Program-made: the position numbers and the translations under genes
Notes under the pieces: model-generated
What the model was told of the DNA's origin: nothing
The model's input: the letters and a program-made list of their open reading frames with translations, nothing else
Databases searched by the model: none
Source: Marsupella aquatica
Taxonomy: Eukaryota > Plantae > Marchantiophyta
NCBI GenBank assembly: GCA_973895155.1
Contig: OZ316896.1
Location: 7,263,278-7,327,277, forward strand
DNA length: 64,000 nt
Reading direction: 5' to 3'
Part shown: positions 35,787 through 48,000 of the stretch, in pieces
Layout of the letters: each line of letters starts with the position of its first letter
Numbering within the stretch: the first letter of the stretch is position 1

Positions 35787-38122
35787 TTTCCAAACCTATT
35801 CTCCTTTCCCTATCCACCGCAAAGATATATCTTCCAAGTTGCTGAGGGGGCAGACCAAACAATGCATACAAATCTTTCACCAAGATTTGAGATGCCATCC
35901 TAACCCCCTCATAAAACTTGCAAGCAATGAATACATGATATTCATTCTCTATACTAGAGCTATCACATAGTTGACAAACCCTCTTTTTCCTGTCAATATC
36001 CTTCCATCTCCCTTGTTCTACTTCAAGGTGGTGTGAGCTTAGTCTATACTGAGCAATAAGTTGTCTAAGTTGTACTGAGATAGTGCTAGATAAGTATTCT
36101 TGTTCTCGATATTTCTTCATGGGGTTCACATCTCTCATGTAGTATTGCTGCCGTGGGCTAGGTTCATGCCAAAGTTTGTGCAAAGCCTTTTGCTCAAGTT
36201 TTGCTCTTAGCTTGGTTGGGTGTGTTGGCCATTCATGTTCAGGAAAATCCCAAGCATGGGCCCACCTGCACACATCTGCATACCACCCTTTAGCTGAAGA
36301 TGAGCGCAAGGCATGAAAAGGAAATCTGTTTTCCTCCAACTCTCTTACACGCATGATGTATTTGAGTGTGTGGAAGAGTGCCTCCACCTCCAAAGGAAAC
36401 AAGCCTGCCTCTGCAAGTGTAAGTGTATATGGGGTTTGACTTGATCCCAAGCTCCATCTCAAGAAATAGCTTTTGCAGCCCCTCAATCTGTTGCCACCCA
36501 GATTTAGACACACCTGCTCCCCAAATTGGTGCTCCATAAAGAATGACTGGTTTCACCAAAGCTCCAAAGAGATGTTTCCTTAACCTCCAAGTGTGTAGAC
36601 CAGCTCTTTTGCATTTGTTCATGAATGCATAAAAAGCTCTGTACCCATTGGCAGCCCTAGATTTTACACATGAGGCCCAACTCAAGTTTTGAGAGAACTC
36701 CACCCCAAGGTATTTGTAGGTCCTCACAAATTCCACCAGATTCCCTTGGAAGTAGAGCTCTGGATTTTGTCGTGTGCCAATGCCCAAACACTTGGTCTTC
36801 TTGAGGTTGACTACCATCCCTGTTGCTTGACAAAACTCCTCCAAGGCATTGAGATGTCTTTGCAAAGCTTCTTGAGCATGAGCAAGTAGGACCACATCAT
36901 CTGCAAATATAAGAAGTTGGAGGACAAACCTACCCAATTGAGTGCCAACTCCACCATGCTCCTCCAAAATGTTGTGTAGCTGATCAATGAAGATGCCAAA
37001 TAGAGTTGGTGAGAGAGGACAACCTTGGATCACCCCAAGAGTGCTCTAGATTTCTTCAGAGGTTTCCTTTGAAAGTTTGATGCGCACTTCTTGGTACAAT
37101 TTAGAAACAGCCAACCTGAGCTCTTCAGGCACTTCCAACTCCACCATCCTATCCCAAAGCTTGGATCGGGAAACTTTGTCAAAGGCCTTGGAGAAGTCCA
37201 CAAACAAGCAAAATAATGGTTTATGTGGAGATTTGGCCTTTTCACACAACACCCTCAAGCAGAGAATGTGATCCATAGTGCTGAATTCTCTCCTAAAACC
37301 TGCTTGTGAAGGTGCCCTTTTCATCTCACTCTCCAACCAAGAGCTTAATCTGGCTTCAAGTAGTCCTCCCAAAACTTTAGCAAAAGTATTGCCTACCATG
37401 ATGGTTCTGTAGTTGTGCACATCGTCCTTGTTGCCTGCCTTGAAGATAGGCACCACTCTTCTGGTCATCCAAGCTTTAGGTAAACCTAAAGCCATTGCTT
37501 GATTCAGCTCATGCACCAAGTTTGTTAATAAAGAGGGTCCTCCCCACAAAAGAAGCTCCAAGTTCAGGCCCAACAGATCTTTAGCTTTCCCATGTTGCAT
37601 GTGGGAAAGATGCACCTTCACCTCCCTCTCTGTAAACTGAATGGTGTCCCCAAGGGGCAAAGGCATGCCACTAGCATCTGGAAAGAAATACAAGGATGTG
37701 ACATAGGTTACCAGGTCCTGGTGATCCAAGGGGGGAGTAGTCTTGCCTGATTGCATTCTCTCCCAAAAACGTTTTGGATGTTTGATGAACTCCTCACATA
37801 GTGATTGTTGATGACTCTTCAAGAAGCACCTCTTCTTGTGTTTGATGAAGTTCTTGTACATAGTGAATGCCAAAAGTCTCTTTTCCCCTGAATGTGATCT
37901 TGCTTGCATCCTTGCTCTAGCACAATCCTCGTCAAACCAAGCCTTCATGTTTTGCTTTCTAGGGGGTTTGGTGGAGAAAGTAGAGGCTGCTGCTTGTACT
38001 ATGACTTCTGAGAGCTCAATCTGATCATCCAGGGTATGGAGAAGATGTTCAAAGTTGGCTTTGAAGATGACTTCTCTATCAGGGTCTAGAAACAGAGGTT
38101 TGGGTACTGGCTTTCTATGCAC
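35787..38122 (-). mobile_element. Non-LTR retrotransposon (LINE) ORF2 fragment, RTE-X-like
   Basis: QAGFR, FVDFSKAFD, QGCPLSPTLF, IFADD, YKYLG, and C-terminal HHLEVEQGRW...CQLC...ENEYHVFIAC. Frameshifted and 5'-truncated; clade call is tentative. Confidence 0.88.
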
Positions 38123-39960
38123 TTTGTTTGGGATTATTGTTGGGAGCGCCCATTTTGTGTTGAGCTTTGTCTAGCGATGATGTTCTACATGTATGCGTCT
38201 TCCAAAGTTGATGTTGAGTCTGCTAAGCATATATCGCGGCTTGCCATTCACATTGGACATCATAACCATCCGAGCAAGCAAGTTTTTTCAAGAGAGGTAG
38301 AGAAAGTTGCAAAGATGCACATGGAACAAGGTTTGACTTTGAATCCGCGTGCAGCTGCGGCGGGTATGAAGAACACCGTCACCGGGTCTCTTTTTAAGGC
38401 AATGTGTGAGTCGTCAGTTCAAGACATGATCCCAATAGAAGAGACCAAGATTTTTGAATCTCTTCAAGTCATCTCAACGCCTCAGAAATTTGTGAACCTT
38501 CTGAGGAGTATCCGTCAAGACCAGAAAGGAAGAGGTGAATTGGAATTTATGGTAAGCATGCAGAAGAACATTTCATTCCCATTTCTGCAAAGGTTCTTGT
38601 TGCCAGGACAAGGGTCTCGAGATGAGAGTGCACACATTTTCAAGATGTCCACTAAGGATGAAGGCTGTGGTCTGGATCTTCTTCGAAAGATGAGTCCCGG
38701 AGGGCCTCTTGAGGGTTTGTGGGTAAGTTTTGATGCGATGCACCAAATGACAAAGGATTGCCTTACATTTAGTGTGCATGTTTATGACCATAACTATCGT
38801 GCACTTTGCACGATATTCACTTGCGAGTTGCGAGCAGAAGATACAAAATCCCTTGAGAGGGCTTGGCGTTTAATGTTGGAGGTGGCTGATGAGAACGGTC
38901 TTCAAGATGTCCACATTCATGGTTTTATGGCGGACAATGCTCAAGCTGGTTGGAATGCTGTGAGGAATGTGTTCTTTGGGGGACTTCCTGATCCCGAACG
39001 TGAGCGATCAGATGCATTTCACTTCTTTCAGTCATTTTGGAGACACTCAATTGAAGGCATTCCTAAGGGAAAGCAGAGTGAACATCATGCCCTATGGGAT
39101 AGGTTGCGGAATGCAAAGTCATTTATCAAGGCATATCGTATTTCTAGAGAAATTGATTCTTGGTGGAGGGCAGGGAATTGTTATCCTGGTAAATTACGAA
39201 TGTTGCAAGGTTGGATTTCATGGTAGGTTGTCCGATGGCGCCAATGGGGAAACTATTCGATTGGTAAGTATTCTAAACAATCGTTGGTCAGCGCCTGGCG
39301 CTACTCATACATGTTCAAAGTGATTACATATGCTATTGTTTCTATGTGTTCATTGGCTAGCGCCTGGCGCTAATCATACAGGTTCAAAGTGATTATATCT
39401 GCTATTATTTCTATATGTTCATTGGCTAGCGCCTGGTGCTATTCAAGTCCTAAATCTAACCTTGTTGGTGAATTCTGCAGAGCAAGAGTGTAGAAGAAGC
39501 GGCAATGATTCCAAATTGTGGTGGATCCGAGTCGTCTCACACGTCAATGATTGCCTGGCAAATGAAGAAGAAGGTTGGAGTCTTTGAAGGGTGTGAAACC
39601 GACCAGAACCGAGCGATCTCTCAAATTGCAGCCTATACGACTTACAAGAGAGGATTGAACAGAGGGAATGGTCCAACTGTGTTTGAGCTGGCTTTCCGCT
39701 CTGCAGATCTAGCGGGTTCCGCGGTTGTTTGAAGAAGCTTTGAACCTTTTCCTTTCCAATGCAGCTGAATTCGATTTGGAAAGGAATTCCCCTTTGAACG
39801 GGGATGTACATACCCGGTCAGTAAAGAGGAAGGGACATGCTACTGGAAATGTCTCTGAGTAGGACTCCCACAGGCATGACACTATCCTCATTACGACCCC
39901 AAACACCCGAGGTTTGAAGAGAAGAAATCTCAATAGAACGGAATTCTCTACGATTCCTTC
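38117..39960 (+). pseudogene. MULE/Mutator-like transposase copy C, truncated at both ends
   Basis: WVSFDAMH, FMADNAQAGWNAV, SDAFHF. GT-AG intron at 39264-39480 contains three palindromes. Confidence 0.85.
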
Positions 39961-42578
39961 TGAAGTAGCAGCATATACTTGGGGATAATGGTATAGGAAT
40001 TCATCAGAGTTCAGCATCCTGGAATAAAAAGGTCAAAGCCTCCATTTGACATCTCTGAGAGAGCTGGCCAGAGTTTGAGAGGTGACATTGTTCCAGATCC
40101 TCTGTTTCTCAGCAAATGAGTTGGTTGAAACCAGGGTAACTTTGGGCTCTCGAGGAATGTAATCGTGTTGCAGAGTAGTAGACTTCTTGCTCTGCATGAG
40201 AAAAGAAACCACAAAGTCCAGGGCATAGGCTACAAAATTCCCAAAATATGCTAGAACCAAATCTAGATCCTCCACCTCCACATCTCCTTGAAGTAGCATC
40301 ACAGCAAGGATGGGTCGGAAATAGATAGAGTCAATCCAGAACTCATCAAATTGTGCCATCTCCACTCTGGAAGTTCCAAAACACCTGAGGTCCATGATAT
40401 AACTGGCCTCGGTCTTCTTGAGATAGTAGTATCTCCAGAACTCTCCAACCGGTGGTCTGTTGGCCTGCATAATCTTACAGGTCTCCACATACTTGTGCAC
40501 TTGGGACTCTGGATGTCTCGGGTATCTACTCTCGATGGTGGCATTCTGGGGTGTCTGAGTAGATGAGGTGACAACTGCTACTAAGTTTGGATTGGATCTT
40601 AAGGCAGTATCAACATCTTCAAACCCTTGCCTAGGTGATGACTCTAAGGAGTTGTCATAAGATCGGATGGAATCAAAATCGGAGGGTGGATCAAAATCTT
40701 CAGGCAGATCCTCTCTGACGTAAGGGTGCTCATACTGTGACCGATTGTAGGTGGGTCCTTCTGTGGGTTTGTAGTTGGAATCAGGACTGTAAGGTCGTGA
40801 ACCTGGGCTAGGAGTTGACTAGCAGTTGGACATTGTTGGATCAAGTTGCTGACCACGGATGCTATCTGTCGAGGTTCACACTGAAGCATTTCTAGCAAGT
40901 CATCCACAATGGCTACACAGTTGGTACTATCTGCTATTGGAACAGGTTCACTTATTTCTAGGGGAGGGGGCTGTACAGTGGCAGGAGTACAGATCACAAA
41001 CTCCATTGGTGCTGGTTCTCCTGGAGGAGAGTTCATTCTGATAGGACTTAGCTGATCATGAAATGGTGACCTCAAACTAACAGCCTCCATTCTCAAATTA
41101 CTAACAGCATCATATAGTCCATCATCACTGCAACTGAGGAGAGATGTCAACTTATCGATAAGTTGCTGATTCGACTCTGCTTTCGAAGGAGTGGACCTGG
41201 TGGTCACATGAGGAGTAGCATCAGTTGGTGTAGCAACATCGTCTTGTTGATGGATGCTCCTTACTCCTTAAGCTTCTAGTGGATCTGCATCCATGGTCCG
41301 ACTGGGGGAATTCTCATTACTTATTGGATGACAAACGACTTTCCTGCTATGCATAGGAGAATGTGTAGGAACTTCTAATGAAGTATCCTCCATGGGAACA
41401 TCAGCATTCTCCTCAACGTTCTGATCATTTGAATCCAGTGGGGTGACATGTATAATGTCTTCCATGGGAATTTCTTCTTTGATACCCAGGTCAATTAGGA
41501 GTAACCCCCTCTCAAGATGTAAACAATCATGGGCATAATAGAACTGAGAGAGATAATTCTGTAAGCAAGTGGTCCTCCTTGCTTCCAAGCTCCTTACTTG
41601 ATCCTTTATTACATTAAACATAAGTAGGGCCAAATTCTTTTATAGCTCCACTATGAGCAACTACAATAGTGTTAGCCAAGGCCACATGACAGAGAGTTGG
41701 CTTTTTCGGATGAAGAATGGGTACCAGAAATTCCATGAGCACTCTCAATTTAGGATAAGTACATTGGGACAAGTTCCAACCATTCTTGAGATTTTGAGTT
41801 CCTGAGAAGTAAGGAGTGGAGATATCTTTCTTCTTGGAGTATAATGCCTCTCCTTCTGATGGGCAGCCAAAGGCGTAAGCAATCTGGTCAACAGTCCACA
41901 GGCTGGGATGAGCTTGAATTGTTCGTCTGAATTCAACAGGGATGATAGTCCCTTTTACAAAATCCTGCAAGTAGGAGTCGAGCTCGACATTCCAGGGAAT
42001 CTTGAGCAAGCGCTCCAATCCTAAGTGTTGTAAAGAATTATGTAGATTAGCAAAACTATCAGGCGCTCGTGGTATGCAAGCTGCCACCACTTTAGGAATT
42101 GCCAGTGCATCAACTTGGTACTGCTCCTCAGCGCCCAGATCCGCCATAGCTTTGACAATAATTTTGCGTGCTGAGAAGGTTGCTTCCGAAGGGGGAGAGC
42201 AAGTAAATTGGTGTGGTGAGTAGACAGGAGTGAGTGCCTGAACTCTACGCTCTGTTCCTATCAAGGCGTGAAGACCCCATTCCGTTGCTAAGGCCCGTTG
42301 CAAAGTTAGTCATAGCGCTGTAACATGAACTTTCCTTAAACGCTTAAGGCATAAGCCGTAATCCCGTATCGGCGTAAATGCGTAACATTGTAAACCCGTA
42401 AACCCGTAACGCTTATATGCGTAAACGCGTAAGCCCGTTATAAAGTATATCCATAGCTTTAGTAAGTTAGTCGGAACAAGGTTTACTTGGCACTTAACAG
42501 CAATAGGAGGCTTAAACACCTTAAAAAGTTTAATTTTTTTCAGTAATTTCAGGTTTTTGGTATTACCCACTACTCACA
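39961..42578 (-). mobile_element. Truncated family-3 LTR with a degenerate PMD-like ORF
   Basis: TGTGAGTAGTGGG terminus at 42578. ORF 41614-42303 (GLERLLKIPW...QDFV...IAYAFGCP...KNGW...C..P...MEFL) aligns with the family-2 LTR ORF; further fragments run to ~39965. Confidence 0.75.
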
Positions 42579-45014
42579 GTTGATGTGGGCAATCTTCAAA
42601 CAAGTTAATGCGACACACAAATAGCAAAATGACTCCTTCTGACTGAGTTATACCATGCACTTGCCATACAAACAATATTTTTCATACACAAGATCTGCGA
42701 ACCAAGCCATGAGGCCAACTCTATTCATCTCTTAGGCATGAGGAAACGTGAATATACACAAGGGTCACAGTATAACTAACCAAGAGCTTCTTTTACTACC
42801 TGATCCCAGCCCTGTTGGTGCACTAAAAACTTGCTAAAGAAGAAGGCCTTCAACTCCCCACAGCCCAGGTACTTATCCTGGCAGTGGATCCTCCTAATTC
42901 TTTGCAGCGTAAGCCTAATCTACCTAACTATAATCTACCTATGTACAGCGAGGCAGGAGCACAAGTGTTGCTCTTACCAGTGGATCCGCAATCCCACTAC
43001 TCTAAGTGTCAGGGCCGCCTCCTGGTCCTAATCCTAATTCTAAACTTGGAGATCTGAGCCCACCCTGCCCACTCACGCCTCCTCCCTCCATGTCCGCCCT
43101 CCTTAAAAGGAGCGGCCCTCCACCACCATCATGGTAGCGGTGGTTGATCCTCAATGGACGCCCCCAATGCTTCTTCCGTAGCCACTGCCGTAGGTCCGTC
43201 CTCTGACAAATTACTTGCCCCGGACCGAGTGAACTCTCCATCGGCCTGAGTGGGTCCACCCTCGTCTTTGGTCTCAGCATCGGCCACGGCCTCTAATACG
43301 GCTACGGCCTCCTCGGCATGGTCTAGTGGAGGATCCGATACCCCGGCTTCATCACTGATTGTTCCGACCTTGGCCTTACCATCCCCGCCTTCTAGGGGTG
43401 GATCGATCGTGATCCTGCCTGAGGTTGGCGCTGGTTGTACCTCCTCTGTCACAACGGCTTGAGAAGCCGCATTACTCCCTGACCCAAAAGGTTTCCGCTT
43501 CTTCTTCTTCCCTATTTCGGCAGCTGGTCCCTTCCCCTTGCCACTTATCTCCTGCACCGGTGCGCGAGTGTTGCGGCTTGTCCTTTGGCCAGTACTACTC
43601 CTGGCAACTTGGTTGCCCCAATTGGACTTGATGAAGCCAAGCACTTAAATACTGCGGCTTGTTTCTTTAGCCTAGGTGGAGTGAGTAGAAGTCATCGGCA
43701 TCAACCACTGTGGCCTTTGTTCCCAAGCCGCCTTGCGGATTTCTTCTATCATGGCTGGAGGGCTGCTTCATTTTTCTGCAAGCCACTTGATGTCCTTTGG
43801 CCATTCTCCCCCTGGTAAATCTTTCTCCCTATCCAGGGCTGCCCTCTCTTCCTCCCTGAGTCGCTCCTAAAACTCTTGTGCCATCTGTTTTATGCCGTCA
43901 AAGCTCGGGGGAGTGACATCTGGCAGGGGGGGACTCGGGGCTGTTCTGCTGGGTGGGGTCCCCTCGAACTACTCTTGGAAGCGTGGGGATGAAATGGCCA
44001 CAAGTCCTTATTCCTGGGACATGATGGTCCAACCCGTAACCGGAGTCATCATTGCCGTAGTCCTCCACCGCCTCCTCCACTGCTTGGACTATCGGCTCCC
44101 CCTACTGCTCCCCTGGTCTTGCCGTGAACACGGCCTCTTGCCGATCATAGCTAGCAAGTCCTAGTTCCTCCTCTGGCTTCCAGGTTGTCTTCTCCCTCTG
44201 TTTCCCCTGAACAGGAGCCTTAGGCTCCCTTCCCTCGGCTACAGGACTCGAGGCTCCTACATACATTCAAACCCCCCGGCTTGTGTTCCGGCCTCCTTCT
44301 TTCCTTGGCTTCGGTAAAGGGGTTTTTCTTCATGAGTCGGCTTAGGCCGACCTCTGAAGGAGTGTCTTGTACCTGTGCCGTTGCCGTTGCCATTCTCTTT
44401 TCCCTTCTCCAGCAATTTTAGCAAATTTTGCATGCCTGGTTGCTGCATCGGCAAGTCCTTTGTCTTCGGCCTAAACACCTGCTCGATTGTAGGACTATCA
44501 GGCTGGTTTGGTTTCTTTGTTGTCGGCCTCTATTCCGGAACCTCCTCTGGTGCCCTTGCCTGCAGTGGAAGTACCGAGGCAAAGATTTGACTTCGGGCAT
44601 ACCGGCACAATAGCGGCATGTGATAGCCAAGCTGGGACACGCTTCCCATGCTGATTGCCTACTGTTCCTCCTTCAAGATCTTCTTCAGCTGGGTGAGGAG
44701 ATACCCGTTGTAGTCCCGGCTTGGGTTTGGCCTTTCTGCTAGGTAGACCTATGCCTTGCCAATCTCTGGCCTCGGCAAGTTGCAGTGCATGGTTACCCAC
44801 AAGAAATCGATGATCTCCCCTATGTGCGGGTTGGTGCAAGTGTTCCGAAAGAAGTCATTCTTCATTGATGGCCCTGGGAACGATTGGAACTCCTTGTCTA
44901 GCAAGGTCTTCCGGGTATCTACTTTGGTCTTATTGCCCATCGGCAAGCCAAACACTTCGGCAATCACCCGGGGAGTGAGATAGAAATCCTTCCCATACAC
45001 CCTTGTGGAATTGG

Positions 45015-48000
45015 TGTGGTGCGTCCCATGGCTCCCTAAACCCAAGAAACCCCCCAGCTCAAGCCGATTCCCGCAGGTTTCGTGCTTGGCGAGGCCGTTT
45101 CCGCGGCTTAGCGGCATGGGACGCTGCTAACCTTCTACTACTACTATTAACATTTTACACACATATACTGGACAGATCCTTCATCGGGTCATGAGATACG
45201 TAGCCGGCCTAATATAGGCCTTCCCCTGTCTTCCCCTGTCTTCCCCTCCGTCTTGTTAGGTATGTTAGGATTCCGCCGCCGGAATGATCCCCAATAGGCT
45301 TGGTTAAGCCGCTAAGACCTCTCTCAGCTCGACACATCCAACTCTCACTCCCCTGCTTACTTTCCTTCCTTCTGTTGATGTGGGCACTCTTCACACAAGT
45401 TAATGCGACACACAAATAGCAAAATGACTCATTCTGACTGAGTCATACCATGCACTTGCCATACAAACAGTACATCTCATACACAAGTTCTGCGAACTAA
45501 GCCGTGAGGCCAACTCTATTCAGCTCTTAGGCATGAGGAAACATGAATATACACAAGGGTCACTGTATGACTAACCGAGAGCTTCTCGTACTACTTGATC
45601 CCAGCCCGGCTGGTGCAAACTAAAAACTTGCTAAAGAAGAGGCCCTGAGCTCCCCGCTGCCCAGGTACTTATCCTGGTAGTGGATCCGCCCTTCTTTGCA
45701 TCGTAAGCCTAATCTACTTAACAGTAATCTACTTGCCCGAATCTACCTATGTACAGCAAGGCAGGAGCACAAGTGTTGCTCCTACCAGTGGGACCGCAAT
45801 CCCACTAAGCTAAGTGTCAGGGCCGCTCCTGGTTCTGATCCTAATCCTAAACGTGGAGATCCGTGCCCGCCCTGCCCACTCACGCCTCCTCCCTCCACGT
45901 CCGCCCTCCCTAAAAGGAACGGCGCCCTTGCACCGTCACGACACCGGTGGTGGATCCTCAACGGACGCCCCCAATACTTCCTCCTCAGCCACTGCCGTTG
46001 GCCCGCCTACTGACAGATTACCTGCCCTTGACCGAGTCAACTCTCCATCGGCCTGACTGGGTCCACCTTCGGCTTCAGCCTCGACACCGGCCTCGGCAAT
46101 ACCCACGGCTTCGGCCTCAGCCACTCCCACGGCTTAGGCTTCAGCCACTCCCACGGCTTCGGCTTCCCCTTCCCCTAGGGTAGTTGGATCCTTAGCCGTG
46201 ACCCTGTCTGGGGTCGGTGCTGGGTCTACCTCCTTGATCACCACGGCCTGTGAAGTCGTATTACTCCTTGACCCTGAAGGTTTCCGCTTCTTCTTCGTTG
46301 GTGGCTCGGCAGCTGGTCCCTTCCCCTTCCCACTTACCTCCGGCACTGGTGCAGGTGGCGCGGCTTGTCCTTCGGCAATTACCACCCCTGGTAACTGGTT
46401 TGTCCCAACAGGAGATGGACCTGCTGCAGCTAAGCATTTAAATACTACGGCTTGTTTCTTCAGCCGCTCTGTTTGGTTGTCGGCCCGCCGCTGTAGGTTC
46501 TCCATCTTCCTCGTGATTTCCTCCAACTCCTCTTGGGTTTCATCCAGGTCCTTACGTGCCCCCTCCAACTCGTTTTTGGCCTCCTCCTGCTCCCTGTGGG
46601 CTTCCTCCAATTCCTTCTTCAAGGTAGCCCTCTCCTCCTGGGTTGCTCTTAGCTCCTTGTCGAGCTCTGCAATGATGACAGACTCCATCTGGTTCATCTT
46701 GGCGTAAGTCTGTTCGAGCATCTCGTCCTTCTCCCTTAGGTCGGCCTTGAAGCTGGCCGTCAGGGACGCAAGCTCCTGCTGCAGCGCCATAATCCCTTGA
46801 TAGGATTTCCCTAACTCGACCTCCTTCTGCTCAAGGGCTCCGCGGATTTTCTCGAGCTCCCCTTTCAACGCCCATTCCTTTCTTTGGGTCTCCGCCATGG
46901 CCCGGCTGTTGGCTGTTATGTGGGCCTCCTCTGTATTCTTCAGCTCTTGCTTCCACTTTTCCCTTTCTTTGATCGTGTCGGCCAACTCTTCCTGCGTCTG
47001 AGTCAGTTTATCCTTGATATTCTGATTATCAGCCTGCGCGGCGTCCAACTGCCCCTGCATGATGTTCAGCTCATGTCGTTTAATCCGCAGTTCATCTTGG
47101 GCTTTCTTGGCCGCCCTTAGATCTTCAATCTCGGCTTCCATCCTCCTAAGCCGCCGAATGACCTCGTCCTTCTTGCTTCTCTCTAAAGCCACCGCTTCTT
47201 CTAATTGGTGCTTCTCCAACTGCTCCCTATGGAAAAAGGGTCCTACCTCCAACTCCTCTCCAAAGATGCCGAGCGCAAGTTCCCCACACATCTCACCATA
47301 CTCCATGGCTCTATTCTTAGCGTAGGTGAAGTAGAAGTGATCGGCATCGCCCATCGTGGCCTCTGCTCCCAAGCCATCCTGCGGATCTCTTCAATCGTGG
47401 CTAGAGGTTTGCTTCCTTTTTCGGCTAGCCGCCTGATGTCCTCCGGCCAATCTCCTCCTGGTAAATCCTTTTCCTTAGCCAGGGCGGCCTCTTCCTCCTG
47501 CTTGATTCGCTCCTGAAATTCCTGCACCGTCTGTTTTATGCCGTCGAAGCTCGGGGGAGCAACATCTGGTGGGGGAGACTCAGGGCTACTCTGCTGGTTG
47601 GGGTCCCCTCGTACTACCCTTGGAAGTGTGGGGACAAACCGGCCACAGGTCCTTACTCCTGGAACGTGATGGTCCGACCCATAGCCGGAATTATCATGGC
47701 TGCAGTCCTCCACTGCCTCCTCTACCTCTTGGACGTCCGGCTTCTCCCTCTCCTCTTCGTTGGTAGGAGCTTCAGGCAATTCTGCCTCAGATTCGGAGCT
47801 TGAGGTTCCCACGTACATTCGAACACCTGGCTTGGATTCCGGCCTGATTCTCTCCTTGTCTCCAGCAAAGGGGTTTTCTCTTGTGAGCCGGTGTAGGCCT
47901 ACCTCTGTAGTAGTGTCCTGCATTGTTGCCGTTGCCGTTGTTGTTGCCGATGCCGATTTCTTTTCTTTCTCCAGTAGTTTCAGCAGACTCTGCATGCCTG

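Noticed and set aside
35581-36537. 318-aa ORF as a novel gene
   Set aside because: Chimera of the LINE C-terminus reading into an off-frame part of the LTR ORF.
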